From assembly GCA_951406725.2 (NCBI GenBank), contig OX597830.1, positions 62,992,001-63,056,000 of the forward strand: DNA of 64,000 nt. Reading direction: 5' to 3'. This DNA is from Octopus vulgaris (taxonomy: Eukaryota). This document shows positions 26,253 through 37,796 of this stretch, piece by piece (positions within the stretch are counted from its first letter, which is position 1; each line of letters starts with the position of its first letter). The notes under the pieces are model-generated. The model made no database searches. It saw only the letters and a program-made list of their open reading frames with translations, and had not been told where the DNA came from. The position numbers were made by a program, and so were the translations under genes.

Positions 26253-27688
26253 ATGTGCCTTAGAGTCAATGTAGCAAAGACCAAAGTCCCAGTAAGTAGG
26301 AAGGCAAACACACCACACACCCCTTCAGGTAGGTGGCCCTGCTCGATCTGTAGAAAAGGTGTAGGTAGAAACTCCATAAGATGTACTCAGTGTAAGCTAT
26401 GGACACATAAGAGGTGCAGCACCATCAAAGGAAAATTAACCAAGAAGATAGCTTTCGTGTGCAGCAGATGCACAGGGACAATAGACACCATTGATACTCA
26501 GAAAACAGATTCCATTACACTCCTGGGAGAGAAACTAGAAGTAGTTGATAGTTTCCGCTACCTAAGTGACCAAGTAAGTAGTGGGGGTGGATGCTCAAAG
26601 AGTGTTACCACTAGAATAAGAATAGCCTGGGCAAAGTTTAGAAAGCTCCTACCCCTACTGGTGACAAAGGGTCTCTCACTCAGAGTGAAAGGTAGATTGT
26701 ACGACACATGTGTGTGAACTGCTATGCTTCACGGTAGTGAAACATGGGCCATGACTGCAGAGGATATGCGTAGGCTTGAAAGAAATGAAGCTAGCATGAT
26801 CTGCTGGATGTGTAATGTCAGTGTGCATACACGACAGAGTATAAGTGCCCTGAGAGAAATGCTGGACATAAGAAGCATCGGATGTGGTGTGCAAGAGAGA
26901 CGTCTGCGCTGGTATGGTCATGTACTACGGATGGATGAGGAGAGATGTGTGAAGAAGTGCCACTCCCAAACAGTTGAAGGAATCTGGGGTAGATGTAGAC
27001 CCAGAAAGACATGGGATGAGGTCTCACAGAGGCAATGACGAAAGACCGAAACCTCTGGAAATATGCTGTGACTGCGAAGACCCGACAAATAATGTGAGTT
27101 CATGGCTGTTTCCTGCACCAGCTTCACATAGAAGCCCCAGCCCTTCCAAAGTGCCTTGGACCGCAGGATGGCCTGCTGTACTTACTTTGTATCGTAGGGT
27201 GACCTGATGTGTTTGAGGAGACCTATTGAGTCAAGTGCATCAACATCAACATCAAAAATCAAATAGAAATTGTAGTTGTGATACCTGTACCGGTGGCACG
27301 TAAAATGCACCATTCGTACGTGGCCGATGCCAGCACCGTCTTGACTAGCTTCCATGCCGGTGGCATGTAAAAAGCACCAACCAATTGTGGCCGTTGCCAG
27401 CCTCCCCTGGCACATAAAAAGCACCATCCGTACGTAGCCGATGCTAGCGCTGCCCTTGACTGGCTTCCGTACTGGTGGCATGTAAAAAGCACCAACTGAT
27501 TGTGGCCGGTGGCATGTAAAAAGCACCCATTACACTCACGGACTGGTTGGCGTTAGGAAGGGCATCCAGCTGTAGAAATACTGCCAGATCAGACTGGAGC
27601 CTGGTGCAGCCTCCTGGCTTCCCAGACCCTGGTCAAACTGTCCAACCCATGTTAGCATGGACAACGGACGTTAAACGATGATGATGAT
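26253..27688 (+). mobile_element. 5'-truncated RTE-clade LINE (C-terminal ORF plus 3' UTR)
   Basis: LRVNVAKTK...WPCSICRKGVGRNSIRCTQCKLWTHKRC...FRYL...LHGSETW...RRLRWYGHVLRM; in-frame TGA at 26715-26717; repetitive 3' UTR ends in (GAT)n; nested in a family-B MITE. Confidence 0.92.
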
Positions 27689-28396
27689 TTGACAGAGTAA
27701 TCTGAATGCAGAAGGATTAAACTGGATATAACCAGTTTAAACTCGTCACACTTTTTTTTTGTTTTCTGACTTTAACTAGTTTCATTGAATGTTGAGGAAC
27801 AAATCCAGTTACAAATCTCTGCTGTGATCTGGTGCTTTCTTGAAGCTTTGCTGCAACCATCTGGCAGAGGTGACAATCAAGGCAGCCATACCCATACCTA
27901 TCCCCATCCTCCACGTCCACATGGACATGCTTATGTCTCCACTGTTGGTAGCACCCTGTGCACATGGTCGATTTTGTGTCTGCCACTGTCTGGAAACTTG
28001 TGAATCAGCAATGGAGTGATAATCATGCGCTAGGTGACCATCACACCCCAAGGGGCCCCCCAACAACTATGCTGGAAGAGAGCGTGCAAAGGTTGGCCAT
28101 GTTGTGAAGCCTTGCTGTAGGTTCGTAGCAAGCAACCAGCAGAGGTAGCTGCAAGCATGTACTCATGTACCTTCTCTTTCCAGGCCTGAGCACAAGCAAA
28201 CTCAGAGTTTTTAGTGCCTTAATATTTATGCAACTTTGTACCTGAAGTAATTTCTTGGGCATCTTATTTATATACCATCAAATACATTAATTTATATTGA
28301 TATATATGTGTGTATATGTGTGTGTTGTTCTTTGACAATTCTTTCCATTAAACCAAAATATAATGCTAAAGAGAATATTCTTGCTGTCATTTGTAG

Positions 28397-28495
28397 AATG
28401 CCATGAGAGCTGTTGTTGAGTATCACCCCGAAGACATGGAACTGCCAAAGTTAAATGTCGGCATCACCAAAGGAGATGAAGATGTGACTATAAAG
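28397..28495 (+). CDS. PDK: PDK internal exon (NAMRAVVEYHPEDMELPKLNVGITKGDEDVTIK)
   Basis: tttgtAG acceptor, GTtcag donor; NAMRA N box; 33 codons. Confidence 0.96.
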
Positions 28496-29053
28496 GTTCA
28501 GTATAGCTATCTATCTATCTCTCTGTCTATCTATCTATCTATCTACCTACCTATCTACCTATCTATCTACCCACCCATATGCATACACATACACATACAC
28601 ACACACACTATATTTGGGCTTATAACTGAGAGAAAGATTATTCAATACATGAAGCAGAGTTTACATTCTTCATTTGCATTTACTGGATTTTTAATCAGTT
28701 GAGTGGTTATTTGCAACCATCAGGGAGTGTTTTATTCACCTTCTCTTGCGTCAGAGACAACAAATTCTCATTCAAGCAAGTGACTAGTTGCAAGTATGCA
28801 GCATTGAAAAGACCTAAAAAGGCCAAAATGCATCGGGTGCTTTTGCTGGCCACTGCGGGGATTTTTGTCTCTCTTTGATATTTACTATTATTTTAACATA
28901 GTAAACCCATAAGAGATGTTATTTCAAAACAAATACTGTGGTGTCTATCCTATTGAATCTGTATGATCCATCGATGGCTATTCTTACAAGAATTCTTATA
29001 AAACATTCTGTATCTTTGACACTGATGCAAGATATTCCTTCTGTTTCTTGTAG

Positions 29054-29164
29054 ATGAGTGACCAAGGAGGCGGCATTCCTCGGAGTAAGTCCGACTTGTT
29101 GTTCCATTACATGTATTCCACTGCACCACAACCAATGCGATCAGAGAATGGGTCAGCACCACTG
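29054..29164 (+). CDS. PDK: PDK internal exon (MSDQGGGIPRSKSDLLFHYMYSTAPQPMRSENGSAPL)
   Basis: tcttgtAG acceptor, GTaagt donor; DxGGG G1 box and YMYSTAP. Confidence 0.97.
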
Positions 29165-30145
29165 GTAAGTCTTCCCATCCTCCTCCTCTCTCTCTCCCTT
29201 TTCTGTTCTCATGGACATTTATTGTTGTTTCATTTTAAAGCAATGAATTTCTTGTTGTTTAGCCATAGGCTATCCCTGATTAAGTAGAACTGTGATCAGA
29301 GGCATTCCAGCCACGGCCAGCTTATATTTTTAGAAGTATCTAGGACTATGTTATACAATGTATGCTTCTGTTTTCATTAAGACCAATAGAGTGTGATTCG
29401 AGGGAGATTTGGCTGCTATTTCTAACAGATTGAATGACTATGTATAGCAGTGGTCCTCAGCAAGTGTCCATGTCACCCTTGTAGGTCCATATAAGATTTA
29501 TTTTTTTGTTAAAATTTTTGTGCAATAAATTGCTTATACTTCTGCAATGTACCAAACATTTTAACAATTTTTTAATACAATTCTTAGCATCATCATCGTT
29601 TAATGTCCGCTTTCCATGCTGGCATGGGTTGGACAGTTTGACTGAGGACCGGTGAGCCAGGAGGCTGCACCAGGCTTAATCTGATCTGGCAAAGTTTCTA
29701 CAGCTGGATACCCTTCCTAACACCAACCACTCCAAGAGTGTAGTGGGTGCTTTTACGTGCCACCGGCACAAGGGCCAGTCAGGCGGTTCTGGCAACGACC
29801 ACGCTCAAAAGGTGTTTTTTATGTGCTACCTGCATGGGAGCCAGTCTGGTGGCACTGGCAACGACCATGCTTGAATGTTGTTTTTCACGTGCCAGATATT
29901 ATAATGTTAGATTATTTATTCATTTTATTATAAATTTACGGTAAAAATATTTCTTTACCTTCACCCGTTTAATACAATAAATGAATTAATTGCATTGCAA
30001 TTAAAAACATTTATGTATTAGGAATTTTGGTACTTTACCAACAGTATATTGGATAAATGATATCCCATAGTGGGTTACACCCATAACCCCTATCTTACTT
30101 TGTACTATATATATGTTTTTTTCTCTCCTTGTTTTTTCTGTGTCC

Positions 30146-30181
30146 CTTTCTGTAGAAGAGCCTAGGCTCGAAACGTAAAAG
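30146..30181 (+). ncRNA. Minimal type-I hammerhead ribozyme-like motif (variant core)
   Basis: CUUU-CUGUAGA-A-GAGC(cuag)GCUC-GAAAC-GUA-AAAG: stem I CUUU/AAAG, stem II GAGC/GCUC; A6 is U. Confidence 0.6.
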
Positions 30182-30356
30182 ACTTTTTCTATTCCTGAGC
30201 GTTATACTAATACATATTATTGTTTTGTACACCATCTGTCTTCGTCTTTTGTTTTTTCGTAAACTCTCCTTATATATATATATTGTCTGAGTCAGACGCC
30301 ATGATAGATCGTTAGCCACTACACACATTTTTTTTCTCTCCTTGTTTTCTGTGTCC

Positions 30357-30392
30357 CTTTCTGCAGAAGAGTGTAGGCTCGAAACGTAAAAG
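30357..30392 (+). ncRNA. Minimal type-I hammerhead ribozyme-like motif, tandem copy
   Basis: CUUU-CUGCAGA-A-GAGU(guag)GCUC-GAAAC-GUA-AAAG, 211 bp downstream of the first copy. Confidence 0.55.
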
Positions 30393-30478
30393 ACTTTTTC
30401 TATTCCTGAGTGTTATACTAATACATACGTTTGTTTTGTATACCATCTGTCTTTGTCTTTTGTTTTTTCGTAAACTCT

Positions 30479-30524
<46 letters not shown>

Positions 30525-33124
30525 GTATATGTATATATGTATGTGTATGTGTATATATATATGTGTATATGTATATATATATGTGTATATGTATATATAT
30601 ATATATCATCATCATCATCATCATCGTTTAGCGTCCGCTTTCCATGCTAGCATGGGTTGGACGGGTCAACTGGGGTCTGTGAAGCTGGAAGGCTTCGTCA
30701 GGCCCAGTCAGATCTGGCAGTGTTTCTACGGCTGGATGCCCTTCCTAACGCCAACCAACGCCACTGTAGTGGATATATAATAAATCTTTGAGCGAAGTAT
30801 AAGCAGTAGCTGCACGACATTGTGAAGTATATTTGCCAGGAATAGAAAAAGTCTTCTACGTTTTGAGCCTACGCTCTTCTACAGAAAGGGACACAGAAAA
30901 AATAAGGAGAGAAAAATATATATATATATATAGTACAAAGTAAGATAGGGGTTATGGGTGTAACCCACTATGGGATATCATTTATCCAAAACAGTCCAAT
31001 AGGTGTTAAAAAAAAACGTGTAGAAAACGACTATGCAAACAAAAACTAGATCCTGAAAGTTATGAGGGGAAAAAACGGATCGTGTGAACTTTCTGACAGT
31101 CCTCTTCGGAAAACATTTTTCCCCAGAAAATTTGTGTCATTTGAACGGTATTTCTTTAACAATTCATCAATATATATCCATTTTCCTGAAAGTTATGAAG
31201 GAAAATCGAATCTGGTGAATTTTCCGAACTCCCCAACCATCACCACCACCATCCCCGTTCGTTTGCGCAATTTTTTTTTTTAATATTCCTTCTCTACACA
31301 TTTTTTTTTTACACTTAGTACGCTCTTTTTTTTTTAGTCTTTTGTTTTCGTTAATGGGTTCCAAACTGTAAATTGACTATTCTACTAAAGCCTCCGGTTG
31401 CCCAAAGCCTTGTGAGTGAATTTGGTGGACGAAAACTGAAAGCTTTGTGTGCGTGTGTCTTTGTTTCTGTAGTTTTCCTCCACCACCGCTCGACAGCCGG
31501 TGTTGGTGTGTTTTAAGTCCCCGTAACATAGCGGTTCGGCTTAAGAGACCGATAAAATAAGTACCAGGCTTAAAAAGGAAATATGTACTTGAGTCGATTC
31601 GTTCGACTAAAATGCCTCGAGGCGGTGCCCCAGCATGGCCGCAGTTTAATGACTGAAACAAGTAAAAAACTAAACTCAACTCTTGGAAGGGAGATAACTG
31701 CACCCTTTTTCATTGGTTGTCTGACGATTGAGTCTTAATAAAAGTATCTCGTCCAAGGATGGACACAGCCAAGTTCCAGTGTCAAGACACAAACAACCTG
31801 CCCTCAAGAGGTTTTCTAATAGTCTGCCGGATCTCAACTATGTGAATTTTATGATATAGAGCTATACACACACACACGTATCTACGATGGCCTGCTTTCA
31901 GTTTCTGTTTTACCAAATTCACACGCAACCTTTTGGTTAGACAGAAGCTATTATTACAAGACACTTGACGCTGTGGGACTGAAGCTGAAACCATGTGGTT
32001 AGGAAGCGAGATTCGTAACCACACGGCTATACCTGCTCCTCCTCTGATCACCTGACCTGCTGAAAATAGTATCCAAATCTCCCTTAAAACTTCGTCTTAC
32101 TGTCTTAAAAAGAGACACATTGCGTAATTCATTCTTAGGTATTCAACTCCTGTAAAATAAATAAATGCATAGGCTATCAGGGCTTGAATGCCTTTTATCC
32201 TGTCAGCGCTAATCTTGAGCTTAACAACTCGAGTCAGCAACACTAATTAATCATCTCCAGATTTCTTGTTATCGTCATCTTGACGTCTTTATTCAAGGGA
32301 AGGGTAGACAACTCTTTTTTTTCTAATGATTAACATCAACGTTTTAACGTCCAATTTTCCATGTTTGTGTGGGTCAGACGGAATTTGTTGAGGCAGATTT
32401 TCTATGACCGGATGCTCTTCCTGTCACCAACCCCCACCTGTTTCAAAGTGATAGTTCCCCGTGGCCAGACATGTTTGTCATGAAAGAATGGGAACACGCA
32501 TCACTTGTATGATGGTGATGCCCATTTGCAATGTCAAGACTTGGGTACACACACGAGCATATAATGACGGGCTTGTTTCCGTTTCTCTTTACCAAATCCC
32601 TATGTAATGCATTGATCGGTTTCTCAGGCTATAACAGAAGACACTTGCCCAAGGCACCACACAGTGGGACTGAACCCAAGACCACATGTTTGGGAAATAA
32701 GCTTCTTAACCACATAGCCATTCTTGCATCTTATCAAGAGTTCATATTTCATAATCTTTGAATGTTCTCTGTGAGGGCAAATATACAAATGAGAAATTTG
32801 TTTAATTTCATTTCATTTTAAGGTAATAGATATTTTTCTTTTGAAAATTTAAAAATTCAGCTCATAAAAAAAAATTGTCATTCACCATTTTGAAAATAAT
32901 ATTTTTTTATTTTATGGGTTTTTTGAAAATTGATCTTCATTTCATCATTTTGTATATATACTAATAAATTTGATAAAAGTTAAATTATGATTATTTCTCA
33001 ATATTACCCAGGGTGGCAAAAGTATACTTCCAAAGTTACATTTCGTATGATGTGTAACATTCCAATGTGTAATAATACATATCCATGATTAATCTCCGTA
33101 TCTCCATTGTTTTCTTTCCAACAG

Positions 33125-33238
33125 GCTGGTTATGGTTACGGCTTACCATTGTCTCGTCTCTACGCTCGTTACTTCCATGGAGATTTGATCCTTAGTTCTG
33201 TCGAAGGCTTTGGAACTGATGCATTTATCTATCTAAAG
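33125..33238 (+). CDS. PDK: PDK internal exon ([38 protein letters not shown])
   Basis: tttccaacAG acceptor, GTcagt donor; GxGxGLP G2 box and EGFGTD G3 box. Confidence 0.98.
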
Positions 33239-33979
33239 GTCAGTTAAACGTTTTGAATAAAACTCTTCTTTCCATCAATGGACTACCTCCACAGTTCCAC
33301 CAGTTGAATGTTTATGCGCAACAGTTATGGTATAGCTACATTTATAGTAAGACGTTGTGTATTCTTGAGGAGAAGCCAATGGTTTAGTTCTTTAGAACAT
33401 GCTATGATGTTCTGTGGAAGCCTAGTTACCTAGTTAATGCCAACTGAATATGGTATTGTACTTCCAACTAAGATGGTCTGGTAATGAAATACTTAGAAGA
33501 TAGTTCACTTTGAGTTTTAGATGTTATCAGAAGATACTAAATAATGTAGAGAGTGTTCCCTGAGATAGACTGGCTTCCTGTCCAGGGAAAGAGTTATCCG
33601 TCATCTAGTTTCATCATCATCATCATCATTTAATGTCCGAGCACTGGCATCAACTTAGGGATTACTGAGGTTTTTGTATTCTGTTAAGTGGGTATAGTTA
33701 TTGTGTTTTAACATCCCTTTTTCCATACTTGCATGGGTCAGACACAACTTGTTGAGGCAGATTTTCTACAGCCTGATGTCACCACAGTGATTATATACTT
33801 TAGCAACTTTGAGGAAAGTAGTAGTGATAAATGTTTGAACATGTTACCTATGTTTCAAATAACCAACAATCACACATACCAGTTGATTATTTGTAACAGG
33901 TGTGAATAATTACAAAGCAGTGACCTGCACTTAAGTTATGGTTTGGCTTGATAAAAGAAAAATCCAGGTTGTTGAGCTT

Positions 33980-34372
33980 AGGTTGTTGGATGTGTGGTAA
34001 GTAGCTTGCTTACCAACCACATGGTTCCGGGTTCAGTCCCACTGCGTGGCACCTTGGACAAGTGTCTTCTACTATAGCCTTGGGCCAACCAAAGCCTTAT
34101 GAGTGGATTTGGTAGACGGAAACTGAAAGAAGCTCGTTGTATCTGTGTATATATATGCGTGTGTTTGTGTGTCTGTGTTTGTCCCCCCAACATCACTTGA
34201 CAACCGATGCTGGTGTGTTTACGTCCCCGTAACCTAGCAGTTCGGCAAAAGAGACCGATAGAATAAGTACTAGACTTACAAATAATAAGTCCTGGGGTTG
34301 ATTTGCTTGACTAAAGGCGATGCTCCAGCATGGCCACAGTCAAATGACTGAAACAAGTAAAAGAGTAAAGAG
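33980..34372 (+). mobile_element. tRNA-derived SINE, family 1
   Basis: Near full-length copy with the conserved body and tail. Confidence 0.9.
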
Positions 34373-36634
34373 TCATATCTTGGGATGGCAATATGGGTTG
34401 AATTGATGAAAGGAAGAGGCTAAAGTACAAAGTCCTAGGCTTGCTGTGTACAGTCATTCCAGTAAAGGTGAGGCCTTGTGTATTTGTATCTGGATCCATT
34501 ACGACTGGTTTTGATCTTAGGAAAGAAAATAGAACAGTGATTTGTAAATTGGAGAAGGGAGTGGGAAATGCTTTTTGGCAGACGTGTGAGGGAAAGACTA
34601 AAGATGAAGAGAATTTATTTATTATGGCTGGGTTCCAACCTGGGCCGTGAAGAGGGAACCCTCGGTAAATAAACAAAATAATTCTTTGTTGGAGGAGTTA
34701 CAAGTAGCATCCATTTTAGTGTGGTAATTGAATGGATTGTAGAGGGAAAAAAGCATTCTGGAATGTAGGCGCAAAAAGAACTCTGACTGTCCCAAGTAAC
34801 ACCAATGCCGTTTGGTGCTGCTGGAGCTGGGAGAGTTACCTCCCTTGCTCTGCGAGACAGCAGAACAACACTGGCCAAAATAGTTTGATCTTTCAAATCT
34901 TGTCAAGTCCAACATTTTCACCACGAAATCTGAATTATCAATAGTTTTTTGGGGGTTTTTTTTGAGATTAGTGAATTCTTAACCCTTTTGTTATCCTATT
35001 TCTGTTGAAACACACTGCCTTTGTTTAAATTAAGTTTGAAAATAAATTAAGAATTTAGCAAAATAACTTAAGCTAGTGTTTGGAACATAGATTAATATAC
35101 CATTTTGATGGAAGGTTTTAATTTAAGGCTCTTTTGTTTAAAATATATTGCTTTTGGACCATAAATTACCAAAAAATTTTGATGGAATGTTCCTATGGAT
35201 CCCTTTGATTCCTATTTACTCTCCTGGTCCCCCATAAAACATTCAGTGTTTAAAAAATCCTTTTTTTCCTAATTAAATATTATCAGGAACTCTATTTTTA
35301 AAAAATGTTAAAAATATCTTGTGTATTGTAGAAGTCTAACCAATGTATTGCACAAAATCATATATGGGCCCTCAAGGGTCATTCTGGACCCTAGTTGAGA
35401 GCCACTGGTTTGGATCATTTTGAACAGGAAATTGGCATCACAGAACCAGGGCCAGTCTGAGGCTGGTTGGTATCAAAATAGTTAAATTATAAAGATCAGG
35501 AAATTCTTAAACCTCAACTATGTTAATGAGAGCGTTGTAGTTTGCTTGAAGCATTGTAGTATCGGAGAAGGAAAAAGAAAAGGGAAGATAGAAATGCTTC
35601 TAGCAATGTAGAAAATTTTACGAAACTAAAGATCATCATCGTCATCATTTAATGTCCTCCTTCCATGCTGGCATGGGTTGGATGGTTTGACTGGAAACTG
35701 GTAAGCTAGGGGCTGCTCCAGGTTTCAATCTGATTTGGCAAGGTTTCAACGGCTGGATGCCCATCCTAACGCCAGCCACTCCAAGAATTTCAGTTCCCTA
35801 ATAATGACATAATTCTAATACTAGACAAAATAAAACAATTTCTAAATCGACTTATTAATGCTGTTAACATCCCAGCACTCAATGACTAATTATTTTGATA
35901 ATAAAGAAGAAGTCTTGCTCCCTAACTAGAATTTCTTATTTGGTTCCAGAAAGATGACTTCAATCTTACATCTTTCCAACCAGTTGACCTCCTGGTTCTT
36001 CTTTCTCCCTCTGTACAACACTTTTTGTGTGTGTCTTGCAAAACCTTGTCAGTGCAGATGTGACTTAAAAGCATCCAGTCCACACTGAAAAGTGGTTTGT
36101 GTTCGGAAGGGCATCCAGCTGTAAAAACCTTGCCAAAGCTGACCTCGCCTGTGTTTGTGCCCCATAAAAAGCACTAAGCCCACTCTGCTGAGTGGTTGGT
36201 ATTAGGAAGGGCATCCAGCTGTAAAAATCCTGCAAAAACAATCACAGAAGTCTAGTGCAGGCTTCTGCCTGGCTGACTCTTATGAAACCATCCCACCCAT
36301 GCCAGCATGGAAGGAAGACTTTAAATGATGATGTTGATGATGAAACAAGATGATACTAGCCCTAACACATCTTATCCTAGAATCAACCTAACAAATCTAG
36401 GAATAAAAAGCAAAAGAATTATTGAAAAATCTTTATATTTGAAACAAGGGGAAAAAAAGGAGCACCAGAAACATAAAGGTTTTTGTAAAAAATTTTGCAT
36501 TGTTAGAAGTTTTCTTAATTTCACTTTTCTTTTCCTTAACAATATTTTTGTTTTTTTAAACACCTCCCCTCCAAAAAACCGAAGTTTGAAATAAACATTT
36601 AAACTTTGCTGTTTTTTTCTGAATTTCATTTTAG

Positions 36635-36763
36635 TTGTTTCCAAGTGAAGCAAATGAACTTCTGCCTGTTTACAACACGACTGCTTCAAGAATGTACCAT
36701 ACAGATACCCTCATCTCAGACTGGAGTTCTCCGGGGGCTGGTACGAACATGAGTCGCAGTTAG
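36635..36763 (+). CDS. PDK: PDK terminal coding exon (LFPSEANELLPVYNTTASRMYHTDTLISDWSSPGAGTNMSRS*)
   Basis: cattttAG acceptor; ExLPVYN and DW tail motifs; TAG stop at 36761-36763 followed by TAG TGA. Confidence 0.93.
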   Translation: MFPSEANELLPVYNTTASRMYHTDTLISDWSSPGAGTNMSRS

Positions 36764-36952
36764 TAGTGACAAATGCAACCAAACAACAACACGAGTCACG
36801 ACTAGCTGCGATCACTGTTACCTACAAACAACAACAACACGAGTCACAGCTGGTTCGGACGACTGTACGAGCATGAGTCACAGCTAGTAGCGACTATTGT
36901 ACCAAGAGCTGTTTTGGTCAGAGGCTTTGGCTGCTGAAAATGGAAAGTTTTA

Positions 36953-36958
36953 AATAAA
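36953..36958 (+). promoter_or_regulatory. Candidate PDK polyadenylation signal
   Basis: First AATAAA after the stop codon (190 nt downstream); AATAAA is common in this AT-rich DNA, so support is weak. Confidence 0.25.
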
Positions 36959-37317
36959 CAAAAATGTAGAGTTTTTAAAAAATGGATTTGAAGTGGACAT
37001 TTTACAAACTGAAAAATATCTTCATCTTTCTTTACTTTCTTTTTTTTTTTTTTAATGAGAGCAAGCTGGACGAAGGAACTGATTCCAAGATTTCTTGCTC
37101 TCTAACTAGAATTTCTTATTTGGTTCCAGAAAGATGACTTCAATTTGACCTCCTGGTCCTTCTTTCACCCTCTATACAACCCCTTTTTTTTTTTTACTCA
37201 TTTTTCTTTTTATCTTCACCTTAGACCTCTACTACTATTACTACTACTACTTCTTCTTCTTTACCTCCTCCTACCCCCTCCTCCTCCTTCACTCTTGCTG
37301 TTGATAAATGTTTTTTT

Positions 37318-37374
<57 letters not shown>

Positions 37375-37765
37375 ACATTTGAGAACAATAACATTGCTAG
37401 TCAGTAGGTTTCTAATGAGCCAGTCCCTGGTTCAATTCCAACAGCAAGAGTAACTTGAGGTGTCTGCACACTTGGCTTTTGAAAGCCTGTATCTCACCAG
37501 CTAAGAATTTACTCCAATTCTGTTGTTGAGTGCAGAGAAAGTTCCTATCCAAAGTGTGGGTCTTGGCATCAGGTGTCAAGGGGCCATCTACAGGCACAAA
37601 TGTATTGGCCCTTGTAAAATGGTGTCTGTTGTGGCAGCATTATTTTGAATTTTGATGGTTCATGGCTTACGTGCAATTTTGTAAAGGGATGTTGCTGGTT
37701 GTAAGCTGTTAATGGTGAGGTCTTTCACAAAATCAGATCCACCATGTGGGTGTGTGTGTGTCTAA

Positions 37766-37796
<31 letters not shown>

